24,438 nt of DNA from a virus (lineage: Duplodnaviria; Caudoviricetes): positions 1 through 24,438 of the IMG/VR virus record IMGVR_UViG_3300017910_000514. One strand, 5' to 3'. Position 1 is the first letter of the stretch. The number at the start of each line of letters is the position of its first letter. Under the pieces are notes generated by a model that searched no databases, was not told the DNA's origin, and saw only the letters and a program-made list of their open reading frames with translations. The position numbers were made by a program, and so were the translations under genes. This document shows, one piece after another, positions 1 to 9,800 of this stretch.

Positions 1-78
1 AAGAAATGGCCTAGCGCATATGCATCAGGCCAGCTTGTTCAGCAGTATAAGAAAATGGGCGGTACGTATAAGTCGTGA
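1..78 (+). CDS. 3' end of a small basic phage protein (partial; ...KKWPSAYASGQLVQQYKKMGGTYKS)
   Basis: Hand-translated frame 1 is open from base 1 to TGA 76-78. The stop overlaps the GTG start of the next ORF (GTGA). The PSAYASG..V..YK..GG.Y motif is typical of small head-region proteins of marine phages (recalled as DUF5872-like, unverified). Confidence 0.75.
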   Translation, partial: KKWPSAYASGQLVQQYKKMGGTYKS

Positions 79-308
79 GTCTTACTAAGTGGTTTAATGA
101 AGATTGGCGTGACATATCCACTACGGACTCTAGTGGTAAGCACCCTAAGTGTGGGCGTAAGATGGGCGATGGTCGTGGATACCCGAAATGTGTGCCAGCC
201 AGCAAAGCTAGCAGCATGAGTAAAAAAGATAAGGCAAAAGCTGTAGCAAGAAAACGTGCTACCAATCCTAGTGGTGGTGGCAAAAAACCAACGTATGCGA
301 GAACATAA
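75..308 (+). CDS. small basic phage protein (L.KWF.E.W / CGR / YPKC.P motif; DUF5872-like)
   Basis: 77 aa, Lys/Arg-rich, coupled to both neighbours (GTGA and TAATG overlaps). Family assignment is from memory. Confidence 0.8.
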   Translation: MSLTKWFNEDWRDISTTDSSGKHPKCGRKMGDGRGYPKCVPASKASSMSKKDKAKAVARKRATNPSGGGKKPTYART

Positions 309-466
309 TGAAGAATAAACCACTTACCAAACAACAGAAAGCGGCTATGAAACGTCACCGTGAACATCATACTGCGGCTCATATGAGGCATATGACCAAG
401 AAAATGATGTCAGGAGCCACGTTTACGGAATCTCATAAGTCAGCAATGAAGAAGGTCGGGAAGTAA
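308..466 (+). CDS. small His/Met/Lys-rich protein, 52 aa (MKNKPLTKQQKAAMKRHREHHTAAHMRHMTKKMMSGATFTESHKSAMKKVGK)
   Basis: Not in the ORF track (too short). It exactly fills the gap, with TAATG stop/start overlaps at both ends (306-310 and 464-468). Confidence 0.8.
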   Translation: MKNKPLTKQQKAAMKRHREHHTAAHMRHMTKKMMSGATFTESHKSAMKKVGK

Positions 467-738
467 TGGCTAAGACACCTGCTTGGCAACGTAAAGAAGG
501 TCAGAGTAAATCAGGCGGTCTGAACGCAAGAGGCAGGGCCAGCTATAATCGTAGAACTGGTGGTAATCTAAAACCGCCTGTATCAAGAAAACAGGCAAAG
601 AAGAGCAAGAAGTCTGCGGCTAGACGCAAGAGCTTCTGTGCCAGAATGAAGGGCATGAAGAAGAAACTTACTTCTGCCAAAACACGTAATGATCCGAATA
701 GCCGTATTAATAAGGCACTTCGGAAATGGGATTGTTAG
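466..738 (+). CDS. highly basic phage protein (GGLN..GRASYN / RRKSFCARM motif; DUF6321-like)
   Basis: 90 aa, very K/R-rich, TAATG-coupled start, ends in LRKWDC. Family assignment is from memory. Confidence 0.8.
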   Translation: MAKTPAWQRKEGQSKSGGLNARGRASYNRRTGGNLKPPVSRKQAKKSKKSAARRKSFCARMKGMKKKLTSAKTRNDPNSRINKALRKWDC

Positions 739-747
739 GAGGATAAT

Positions 748-1527
748 ATGTCTCAAGAAGCTTTAGCTGAAAATCAGGAAGTAGAAGCACCCGAAGCCCA
801 AACTACAGATACCTTTGTAGAAAGTAGCCAAGAGGCTATGGGGCAAGATAATGCGGTAGAGCGTCCAGAATGGTTGCCTGAGAAATTTGAAACACCAGAG
901 CAATTGGCTCATTCTTATTCTGATTTGGAACGTGCTTTCCATTCACGCAGAGATGACATCAAAAATGAGCTTTTGGGTGAACTTTCTGATGAGCATGATG
1001 CTACAGTGCCAGAAAATCCTGGCGATTACGACATGACTCTTAGGGATGGTGAGGTAGAAATACCTTTACCCGAAACGCCTATGACAGAGTGGTTTCGTGA
1101 AAAAGCCCACCAGCTTGGTCTAGGTCAAGATCAGTTTCAAGATATTGTAGCCGAGTATATGAATGTTGAGGCTCTTAGTGGCCCTGCATGGGAAGATGAA
1201 GCTATGGAACTTGGCGAGTATGCCGATATGCGACTTGACCGTGTTGCTGCATGGGCAAAAGCAAGTCTTAGTGATAGGGCGTATGAGGTCTTTGCTGGTA
1301 TCCCAGCTTCTGCTGGCATGGTTCAGTGTTTTGAAGAGCTAATGGAGCTTAATGGTCAACCCGCTTTCAATATGATGGAGAGCGGATCGTTCCAAGAAGA
1401 AATATCAGAGGATGATCTGAAATCTATGCAGAATGACCCAAGGTATTGGAGAGATAAAGATCCAGCATTTATCCAAAAGGTTCGTGCTGGTTTCGCTAAT
1501 CTAGCCGCAAAGAAGCATGGCAGATAG
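748..1527 (+). CDS. capsid assembly scaffolding protein
   Basis: AGGAGG RBS, acidic 259 aa protein, ERPEWLPEKF..PE.LA.SY..LE motif typical of T7 gp9-like scaffolds, C-terminal DPRYW...DPAF, immediately upstream of the capsid gene. Confidence 0.85.
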   Translation: MSQEALAENQEVEAPEAQTTDTFVESSQEAMGQDNAVERPEWLPEKFETPEQLAHSYSDLERAFHSRRDDIKNELLGELSDEHDATVPENPGDYDMTLRDGEVEIPLPETPMTEWFREKAHQLGLGQDQFQDIVAEYMNVEALSGPAWEDEAMELGEYADMRLDRVAAWAKASLSDRAYEVFAGIPASAGMVQCFEELMELNGQPAFNMMESGSFQEEISEDDLKSMQNDPRYWRDKDPAFIQKVRAGFANLAAKKHGR

Positions 1528-1537
1528 TAATGTGAAT
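1525..1537 (+). promoter_or_regulatory. putative late regulatory motif TAGTAATGTGAAT (copy 1)
   Basis: Exact 13-bp repeat of 14244-14256. Both copies begin at an upstream stop codon and open intergenic regions ahead of structural genes. Confidence 0.55.
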
Positions 1538-1578
1538 ATCATTATCTGTTATTTTTGATGTAGGTTGGTAATGCAGGA

Positions 1579-1633
1579 TGGCCTGATGTGAATTGGATAA
1601 CTTCTTTGAAGCCCTTGAAGCGGATGATAACCA
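1579..1633 (+). promoter_or_regulatory. structured capsid 5' leader with two GATAAC-containing asymmetric loops
   Basis: Inner hairpin GG-ATAA-CTTC-ttt-GAAG-CCC (1595-1614), and outer TGG-CC (1579-1583) facing GATAA-CCA (1626-1633). Confidence 0.45.
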
Positions 1634-1672
1634 GAGAGCGTTAAATGTAAACTTTGTTTAGGAGACTGAGAG

Positions 1673-2512
1673 ATGGCAGTACCATCAATTAGCACCTCCT
1701 TTATCGAGGAGTTTGAATCTGGCGTTCACATGGCGTATCAGCGCATGGGTTCTAAACTCCGCAACACGGTTCGTAACCGTGCTGGCGTGAAGAATAAGAC
1801 CACGTTCCAGAAGATCGGTAAGGGTTTTGCTACTACCAAAGCAAGGCATGGTGCAGTTGCACCCATGAACCTTGAACACACGAATGTGAACGTAACCCTT
1901 GAGGATTACTTCGCAGGAGAGTGGATCGATGATCTCGATCAGTTACGCATCAACCACGATGAAATGCTGGTTGCTCAACAGTCAGGTGCATACGCACTTG
2001 GTCGTAAGACTGATGACCTCATTCTTGCGGCTATGACAACAACTACATCAGCACATGATGAAACAACCAATGGTATCACCTTGGCTTGGTCGTTAGAGCT
2101 GATGGAGAAGTTTGGCAACAACAGCGTTCCTGACGATGGTCGACGTTTCGTATGTGTCGGTTGGGAGCAATGGTCACAGCTAATGGCTATTGATCAATTC
2201 AGCCGTGCTGAGTATGTGGGAGAAGAAAATCTTCCGTTTACCAGTGGTATGACTGCAAAGCAGTGGCTTGGATTTATGTGGTTCCCACATAGCGGCCTAA
2301 CACAAACTAATGGTTCTGGTGCGGCTGGAACTACACATGTTGAGTGTTTTGCCTACCATGCTGATGCTGTGGCTCATGCTATCGGTGCGGATGTTACTTC
2401 AAACATGCAGTACCATAACGATAAAGACAGCTACTTTGTTTTGAATAAGATGCAGATGAACTCTGTGCTTATTGATGCAGAAGGTGTCTTTGAACTTGAG
2501 CTAAAGAAATAA
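1673..2512 (+). CDS. major capsid protein (BPP-1/pelagiphage-type podovirus family)
   Basis: AGGAG RBS. N-terminal FIEEF...VH.AYQ..GSKLR.TV, plus GAYALGRKTD..I and WLGF.W motifs, positioned after the scaffold. Confidence 0.9.
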   Translation: MAVPSISTSFIEEFESGVHMAYQRMGSKLRNTVRNRAGVKNKTTFQKIGKGFATTKARHGAVAPMNLEHTNVNVTLEDYFAGEWIDDLDQLRINHDEMLVAQQSGAYALGRKTDDLILAAMTTTTSAHDETTNGITLAWSLELMEKFGNNSVPDDGRRFVCVGWEQWSQLMAIDQFSRAEYVGEENLPFTSGMTAKQWLGFMWFPHSGLTQTNGSGAAGTTHVECFAYHADAVAHAIGADVTSNMQYHNDKDSYFVLNKMQMNSVLIDAEGVFELELKK

Positions 2513-2522
2513 GGAGGTAGAT

Positions 2523-2795
2523 ATGGCTTTTGTACAATCAGATTTATCTCTTGTTGCTTATAGCGGTAATGGATTTCACATCTGGCATTACACGGCAACG
2601 GATGCCAAGGCGGCAATCGACAGCTCTGGCTACTTTAATGATATGGCCAATGAGATGAATGTCGGTGATGTTATCCATGCAAATACCTCAACAGGCGGTA
2701 CAGCCGAATATGGTATTTTCTGCGTAGCCTCTAATAACGGAACGGTAGTTGATGTGGCTGACATGGTCAGCTTGTCAGGTACTAATACCGATTAA
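2523..2795 (+). CDS. putative capsid decoration/cement protein
   Basis: Strong AAGGAGG RBS, directly after the capsid gene, beta-rich 90 aa with W.Y...D.......GYF.......VGD.I motif. Function inferred from position. Confidence 0.65.
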   Translation: MAFVQSDLSLVAYSGNGFHIWHYTATDAKAAIDSSGYFNDMANEMNVGDVIHANTSTGGTAEYGIFCVASNNGTVVDVADMVSLSGTNTD

Positions 2796-2917
2796 TGGCT
2801 AAAGCACCTACAAAGAAGAAGGTGGCGGCTAAACCCGCCCCTTCAACTCGCACCAGCAAAACGGGGTGGACTCGAACTGTTGGTAAGAACGCAACTCTTG
2901 GTAAGAGGGCTACATAA
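2795..2917 (+). CDS. basic micro-protein, 40 aa (MAKAPTKKKVAAKPAPSTRTSKTGWTRTVGKNATLGKRAT)
   Basis: Not in the track. TAATG overlaps at both ends (2793-2797 and 2915-2919), histone-H1-like K/A/P/T composition. Confidence 0.7.
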   Translation: MAKAPTKKKVAAKPAPSTRTSKTGWTRTVGKNATLGKRAT

Positions 2918-2958
2918 TGGCTAAGAAGAAAAAGGGTAAAAAGGGCGGAGGATACTAA
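2917..2958 (+). CDS. 13-aa basic micropeptide (MAKKKKGKKGGGY)
   Basis: Not in the track. Begins and ends with TAATG overlaps (2915-2919 and 2956-2960), exactly bridging two ORFs. Confidence 0.6.
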   Translation: MAKKKKGKKGGGY

Positions 2959-3269
2959 TGCCTACTACGAAGGATGGTAAGGAGTTTCCTTATACAGCAG
3001 ATGGTATCCTTGCGGCTAAACGTCACGAACAATTTCTGCGTAAAGCCAATGACCAGAGGACTATGGATAATAGCACCAATGGTGAAAAGGTTAGTCCTGA
3101 AGATCTGCCTAAAGGAATCAAGCCTAGGCATTTAGATCCTAATCATCCAATGAACAGGGAAGGAACACCTCCAAGGCGTTTACAGGAAGAAGAACCTGAT
3201 TCGCCAAAAGAGATGTATGCGTCAAAGAAGCCAGCGAAGAAAAAGCCAAATCCTAGCATGTATGGGTAG
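2958..3269 (+). CDS. hypothetical protein with MP...GK.FPYT..G..AAK N-terminus and basic tail
   Basis: GGAGG RBS, TAATG-coupled start, likely disordered, ends KKPAKKKPNPSMYG. Confidence 0.75.
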   Translation: MPTTKDGKEFPYTADGILAAKRHEQFLRKANDQRTMDNSTNGEKVSPEDLPKGIKPRHLDPNHPMNREGTPPRRLQEEEPDSPKEMYASKKPAKKKPNPSMYG

Positions 3270-3273
3270 TTAA

Positions 3274-3894
3274 ATGCCAAGCACCGCTAATACCGATATT
3301 GAAGTTGCACAAAGGGCTATGGTTCTAATAGGGCTAGAGCCTTTAACTTCATTTACAGACCAAACTGATGAAGCTCTGGTTGCTAACACAGTTTTTGAAG
3401 ATGTGGTCGAAGACTGCTTTGCACAACATAACTGGAACTTTGCTACAGGTCAGCAAAAGCTGGCTCGTCTTGCAGCTGTGCCTGTTGATATTTGGGATGC
3501 TGCCTATGCTATGCCTACAAATCCCAAGGTACTCCAAGTTAATACTGTTACTATCGATGATTCTCCTCAGCCTTATGATATTTATGAACGCTACATATAT
3601 ATAAACGCTGGTACTAATGATGACGTTGTACTGAACTACATCTTTAGAGTAGACACCCAATATTGGCCCCCTGCCTTTGCTTTATGGGTTATATACCGTA
3701 TGGCATCTGTTTTGGCTTTGTCTGTTACAAGAAAAGCTGATGTTGCTAATTCTTACGTTACCCTTGCTGAACAGCAGTATCGTAGAGCTAAAGCCAGAGA
3801 CTCACAGCAAGTCACTACACAATCATTGCGTTTATCTAGATACCATCGAGCAAGATTAGGTAATGGTATATATCAGAGAATAGAGGGGACTTAG
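3274..3894 (+). CDS. tail tubular protein A / head-tail adaptor (T7 gp11-like)
   Basis: A...IG..P..S, H.WNFA, Y..P motifs, about 200 aa, in the expected position. Confidence 0.85.
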   Translation: MPSTANTDIEVAQRAMVLIGLEPLTSFTDQTDEALVANTVFEDVVEDCFAQHNWNFATGQQKLARLAAVPVDIWDAAYAMPTNPKVLQVNTVTIDDSPQPYDIYERYIYINAGTNDDVVLNYIFRVDTQYWPPAFALWVIYRMASVLALSVTRKADVANSYVTLAEQQYRRAKARDSQQVTTQSLRLSRYHRARLGNGIYQRIEGT

Positions 3895-3895
3895 T

Positions 3896-4375
3896 ATGTC
3901 AGAGGAAAAGGATCGCACATTAGAGTATGCTACAAGAGCCTTGATTGCTGGAACAGTAGGTGGTGGCGCTGCGAAAATGCTTTATGATGAAATGAGAGAT
4001 GAGCGTGCAGAAAGGCGTAAAAAAACAAGGGCGGCTAGTCAAAACAGAGCGCAAGAACGTGGTACAAAGGTTAGTGCTACAAAAACAGAACTAGCTAAAC
4101 AAGAAAGAGCGCAGTTACAAAGGATTCCTGATAACCGTTTGTCTAAAGAAGATCAGAACTACAAACGTGATATGATCAATCAGAAGAATCAAACTATCAA
4201 ACAAAACAAGCCAGCTTCTACAGTAAAGACAATGGCATCGAAGGTCGCTAAAGCTGGTAAGGTTCTTAGCCCAATGGGTATTCTTATGGCAGTCATGTCT
4301 CCTACTCCAGTGGGTAACTCAGAATTAACACAAGCCGATAGGTTGGCAGAAGAAGCAAAAAGACAAAGAAGATAA
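3896..4375 (+). CDS. hypothetical basic protein inserted between adaptor and nozzle genes
   Basis: 159 aa ORF filling the gap exactly, GAGGGG upstream, charged helical middle and two short hydrophobic segments. Confidence 0.75.
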   Translation: MSEEKDRTLEYATRALIAGTVGGGAAKMLYDEMRDERAERRKKTRAASQNRAQERGTKVSATKTELAKQERAQLQRIPDNRLSKEDQNYKRDMINQKNQTIKQNKPASTVKTMASKVAKAGKVLSPMGILMAVMSPTPVGNSELTQADRLAEEAKRQRR

Positions 4376-4378
4376 TGT

Positions 4379-6316
4379 ATGGCACTCCTACGTCAGTATT
4401 ACACCAATTTCACGGCTGGAGAGCTAACACCTCTACTTAGCTCACGCATCGATGCTGACGCATATAAAAATGCCGTTAAAACCCTTCGTAACGCCCGTAT
4501 AAGGGCGCAGGGCGGCATTACAAGAAGGCCAGGCTTACAATACCACCAAACATTGCTAAACACGGTGTACCAGCTTGAGGGGTACATCTTTGATGAGAAT
4601 GAAGCTTACATACTTCTTTTCAGTAATGGTCGATTAGATATTGTAGATACTGATAATCCCAGTGTATTGCTCCAAACAATAACATCTAGCGAGTGCGAAT
4701 GGAATAATACAAACCTTGGTCAGTTAGTTGTGTCACAATCTGGTGATACGATGATTATCTCTCACCCAGACTTCTTGATGAAGAAGCTTACAAGAACAAG
4801 TGCCACTAACTTTGATCTGGAAGACTTTGAGTTTTATGTTAATGATGACATCAAGTTTACAGCGTATCATAAGTTTGCCGCAACAAGCACAACTGTAACT
4901 CCAAGTACAACATCTGGAAGTAGTGTGACTTTGACAGCATCTGCGGCTACTTGGTCTACGGATATGCTTAATACCTACCTTAAGCTAATAGATAGTACAG
5001 GTGCGGCAAGGTTCTTTAAGATAACTGGATATACTTCAGACACGGTTGTTACTGGTAAGTTAAATGCATCTATAGCCAATACATCTGCTATCACAGACTG
5101 GAAAGAAGAAGTCTTTTCTGTAAAACGTGGATTTGCCAGAACAGTTATATTCCATGACCAGAGACTGATATTTGGTGGAACAAGAGATCTGCCAAATAAT
5201 ATCTTTATGTCGAAGACGGGGGAGTTCTTTGATTTTGAGGTAGGCACTGGACTTGACAATGAAGGAATAAACTTAGAGATATCTGAAAACCAAGTATCAG
5301 AAATCAAAGCATTAACTTCTTTGCGTCACCTTACTGTCTTTACATCAGAGCAAGAGCTTTACATACCTACAACAGAAAACAAGCCTCTTACTCCAGCTAC
5401 CATCACTATTAAAAAGCAGACATCATTTGGAAGCTCTGATACACAGCCTCAAGAATTTGATGGTGCGGTTGTTTATCTTACCAAAACAAAAGGTGCTATT
5501 AGAGAGTTTGTGTTTTCTGATTTGAGTCAGGCATATAACTCTGATGCTCTCACCATCTTATCACAAGACCTAATTACAGATCCTGTTGATATTGCGGCTC
5601 AACGTGAAGCTTTTGATCAGGTTGAGGGATATCTGTATGTGGTGAACTCTGATGGCACATTGCCTGTATTTATGTCTATTCGTAAAGAAAAGCTACAAGG
5701 ATGGTGCAAATATGAGACGGATGGCAAATTCAAAAACATAGTTAATGTGAACAGAACTATGTATTGTGTCATAGAAAGAACTATAAATGGGTCTACCGTT
5801 ACTCATCTAGAGCAACTGTCTAACAGTTCTTTTCTAGACTCCTCTATTCAACTTACTGACACTACAGCCAAGGCTAACTGGCAAGCGGCACACTTACCAA
5901 ATACAAACGTATTTGTAAGAAATGGAAACTACTCTTTGGGTCAATATACGACTGATGGAAGTGGCAATCTTACGCTTACAACTACATGTAAGGAAGTTGA
6001 AATTGGGATTAACTACACACCTAAACTGGTCACTCTTCCACCAGAGTTTCAGTTGCAGGATGGTGTTTCTGTTGGACAAAAACGTAGAATAGTAAGAGCA
6101 GTTCTTGATTTGAATAATACTCTTAATATTAAAGCCAAAGGCAACAAAGTGTTGATAAGGGCTGTTAATTCTAATTTTGCTAATCCTCCTGATCCTATTA
6201 CAGAGAGGAAAGAAATTTATTTATTGGGGTGGTCAAAGGACGGAACAGTTGAGATAACAAGTGATGAACCGTTACTTTTGACATTGAATGGGATTTTATT
6301 AGAGGTAGAGATCTAA
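4379..6316 (+). CDS. tail tubular protein B / nozzle (T7 gp12/P22 gp10-like)
   Basis: N-terminal NFTAGEL.P.L..R.D...Y and GG..RRPG, F..QRL.FGG, beta-propeller-like composition, 645 aa. Confidence 0.9.
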   Translation: MALLRQYYTNFTAGELTPLLSSRIDADAYKNAVKTLRNARIRAQGGITRRPGLQYHQTLLNTVYQLEGYIFDENEAYILLFSNGRLDIVDTDNPSVLLQTITSSECEWNNTNLGQLVVSQSGDTMIISHPDFLMKKLTRTSATNFDLEDFEFYVNDDIKFTAYHKFAATSTTVTPSTTSGSSVTLTASAATWSTDMLNTYLKLIDSTGAARFFKITGYTSDTVVTGKLNASIANTSAITDWKEEVFSVKRGFARTVIFHDQRLIFGGTRDLPNNIFMSKTGEFFDFEVGTGLDNEGINLEISENQVSEIKALTSLRHLTVFTSEQELYIPTTENKPLTPATITIKKQTSFGSSDTQPQEFDGAVVYLTKTKGAIREFVFSDLSQAYNSDALTILSQDLITDPVDIAAQREAFDQVEGYLYVVNSDGTLPVFMSIRKEKLQGWCKYETDGKFKNIVNVNRTMYCVIERTINGSTVTHLEQLSNSSFLDSSIQLTDTTAKANWQAAHLPNTNVFVRNGNYSLGQYTTDGSGNLTLTTTCKEVEIGINYTPKLVTLPPEFQLQDGVSVGQKRRIVRAVLDLNNTLNIKAKGNKVLIRAVNSNFANPPDPITERKEIYLLGWSKDGTVEITSDEPLLLTLNGILLEVEI

Positions 6317-6819
6317 TGGGCGCAAGTATGGCAATGGTGAGTGCTGGCCTTCAGCTAGTAGCCGCTAAAAAACAAATGGATATAGCTAACATGCAAGCGG
6401 CCGCATATCGTGATCAAGCGGAGCTTGAAAAACTACAAGCACAGTCAGCCGCTGTTGATCGTGAAAAGTCACTGTTTGCTAAGTTAGCTTCACTAAATGC
6501 TAGTCAGGCATCGAGGGGTGCTTCAATAAACTCTGCGACAACACAATCCTTGGCTTTAAACGAAAAGAATATTGCTTCTATGGATATCACTAAAATTAAG
6601 CTGATGGGAGCATCTAAAGCAAACAAGCTTAATGTAAGTGCATCGATTGCAAAAGCACAAGGAAAAGCCGCCATGATATCTGGTGTAGCTGGTGCGGCTG
6701 GCACAATGGGTACTGCAATTAGTGGTGCGCCTGGGGTTACTGCATCTACTGGTCAACCAGCAATACAAGCCGGAACAACAGATGCCTTTATGTACCAGCT
6801 GAAGGGGGAGTATAGCTAG
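6316..6819 (+). CDS. internal virion (ejection) protein, small (T7 gp14-like)
   Basis: Ala/Gly-rich 167 aa with A..GA motif and hydrophobic C-terminal helix, TAATG-coupled to the nozzle gene. Confidence 0.7.
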   Translation: MGASMAMVSAGLQLVAAKKQMDIANMQAAAYRDQAELEKLQAQSAAVDREKSLFAKLASLNASQASRGASINSATTQSLALNEKNIASMDITKIKLMGASKANKLNVSASIAKAQGKAAMISGVAGAAGTMGTAISGAPGVTASTGQPAIQAGTTDAFMYQLKGEYS

Positions 6820-9800
6820 ATGGGATTCAAACCAACTAGAACAAGCCAAGTTCAGCTTCAGACTGGTGGTGGTATTCCTAACTTCGCTGGTCTTAAACCC
6901 ACGGGTATTGAAACTGCGGCAAAAGAGTTAAGCAATCTTTCGCAAACATACATTAAGCAAGCCTATAATTCTGCCGCAAGGCGTGACAAAGCAGAGGCTG
7001 CGCTTGCTGGTCTTGATATTATGGATCCCGAAACTGGTGGTATTCGTCAGGATCTAGCTGATAAAGCACAAGAGTTTTGGAGTTCAGAAGGACAGACACA
7101 ATACGAATCCACAAGAGACACAGCTATTACCAATAGAATGGTAGTTCAACTTGAGGCCGCCAGAGATACTTATCTTATGAAAGATAAGCTTGGCATTGGC
7201 GTAGATGGTAAAAATCCAGAGAGAGAAAACTACGACAAGATTACTAACGAATTAAGAAGCCAAGTTGAATCCTATCCTCAAGCCCTTTCTATGTTTGATG
7301 CCAACTTGGAAAAAGTAAATACGAGCATTGAACTTGCCCAAGCTAAATCAAGGCAAGAAGTGGAGTATGCAAAAGAGTATGATGATAACGTTCAGGCGGC
7401 CACTCTTGCAGTAGAGCTTATTGGCTCTATAGCAGAGAATGATGATCTTCCTGATAACGATAAAAGAAAGATCCTGTCTACACGAATGGAGGTCTTTAAA
7501 GGCATTATAGAAGATATTTCTCAATCTCCTGCAAAAGATGTAAGGGCTGGTCATAAAGCTAGAACACTACTTTCACTTGTACAGACAAAGACTGCTGAAG
7601 GCTGGTTTGGGTCTATGATTTCAAGACAAGCGGCAAATCTCCAAAAAGAAGATGCCTATACAATTAAAGGTGCTGAAGTTTATGCAAGAAAATTGGCTCA
7701 ACAAATAAGAGCAAACGGCCCTGCGTTTCTTAAAGAAATTGTTGGTGATGAAAAAAATATCGGTATTGATCTAAGTCTTGTTGATATAGATACGCTTGCA
7801 AATAGTGTGGAACAATTAGGTGTAAAACAAAGCAGTTTGAATTCCGCAGTAGAAGCAGAAAGACAGGCTGATATTCAACCTAAGGTAGATCAGTGGCTTG
7901 CTAAGAATATTTTCAATAATGATGTTACCGCAGACAGTTTAAAAAGGATTCTAAACTCAAACCTTGTTCCAATAGCTAAAGCTATGGATGCAGAAAATCC
8001 TTGGAAAATTGTAGTTAAATTCCGCAAAGCCGCAAGAACAAAGCTTAACGGCTTGCTCGATACTGCTAATGCTCAAGCAAGAGTGGATGAGCGAAAAGCA
8101 GAAGATGCTGTGGGTGGTCTTGCAGATTTTATTAGAACTGGCGTTACCAGTGATGAAGGTTTGCAAAGTGAAGGTTTTGATAGCGCACTAGCAAGAGCTG
8201 TAACGCTAATAAATGATGAAAATACAAGTGAAAAGGTTAAAGACAAATTACGAGATGCTACAGCGGCCGCTTCTCTACGCAATATAAGGGCAGAAGAAAC
8301 TCTTATACAGATGAATATGTCTGCAATATCGGCAAGTCCGAATACAGAGGAATCTCACAATCTTATTGAAGCAACTAATGAGTTAGTAGAAAAGCTTTCA
8401 AAAAAAGAAGCTGGCAAGACCAGTGCTGTAATTACTCAATGGAGTGATTTCAAAAACAACAACGAACAGGTTTTGCTCACAGACCAAATCAGAGGTGCGC
8501 TTGAAAGACATTCTGAAGCCAAACCTTTGGTTCTTGATGGAGTAGATGCCAACTTCAATAACATAGAAGATATAAGACAACTGAATACTGAGATGAATCT
8601 TGGTCTTGAGTCCTTGATTGAAAGATCAGTAACAGCCCATGATAACTTAAAATTCAAGCATACTTTTAATGAACAGGTAGAAAACTGGATTGCAAAGACA
8701 AATCCTACCAATGTTCTGTTGACTAGAACACCTGAAGCGGCAAAACAAGAACTAGCTGAATTAAAAGAAAGAACGGATGAGTTAACACCTAATCTTGCTA
8801 GCGATATAGATGCTGACACTAAGTTTGCTCAGATGGAATCCAGACTTATTGATTATACAAAGAAGTGGCAAGAGGCAGACGCTATTCGCATCAGGCTAGA
8901 ATCTGTTCAACAGAACTTTATGAATAACAATCCTACAGCTGGAATTATGAGCAGAGAGGATATACAGAAGCATGATCCTCCACCTAATTTTGATCTTATG
9001 GATGAAGGCTCATACCCAGAAATGCTGAACTATGTAATGAAGTACGGCATGATTCCTGACAATATGATTGACGCTTTGAATAGTGCGTTTCTTACCGATG
9101 AAGAAGGTTTTGATAGGTCTATGAGTTTCTTCAGCAACGTTGTCGGTGCAATGGTTGTGGGTACAGGTAGACCTAAAGAGCAGATAGTAAACCACGTTTT
9201 AGCCCAGATGAATGGAGCTGCTGGTAGTAGACACTCAAATACCAGAGTAGCTAGTGCCTTGTCGTTTGCTATCGAAAGCACATTATCATACGATGAAATA
9301 AAAGATGCTGTTACAAAAGGTAACTATTCTACAGCCAATACAATTGCAAAAGGTTCTATTTATCCTGAAGCTGGTATGGAAGAGAAAGAAGTACAAGCTT
9401 TTGATAATGAAAATGATGCTCTGTTTGAGGCTTTCACAAGAATATTGTTTAATCAAAGTGACTCAAGCATCTTACAATTATTTGGCTTTAACAATGTCAG
9501 AACAGAAGAGGCTAAACAATTTTATCAATGGTTAGAATCAACCAAGGGTGAGCTTGCTGGTAAAAATAGGATGTCTTCAACACTAGAAGCAACTCCAGCA
9601 TTAAAGTATCAACTTCTCTCCATATTTAGACATGAAATACAAATTGCAGGTCAAACTGGCAGAATGACTCCACAGGCTGTCAATGGTGCTGTTCAAAGAA
9701 CCATGAATAGACTTGGAGCGAATTTTAAGATAGAGACTCAAAAAGTAGGAACCTCTTTGCTTACTCAACCTGCGGCTCCTGATGGTGCTATGGATTGGAT

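Noticed and set aside
1583-1625. Hammerhead ribozyme in the capsid leader (CTGATG...GAA)
   Set aside because: The core reads CTGATGT rather than CTGANGA, and there is no suitably placed GAAA.
2495-2525. T7 gp10B-style frameshift extension of the capsid
   Set aside because: No canonical slippery heptamer, and the next gene has its own strong RBS.
2824-2845. GGCGG-ctaaac-CCGCC hairpin after the capsid/decoration genes as a terminator
   Set aside because: There is no U-tract, the stem is only 5 bp, and it lies within the 40-aa coupled ORF.
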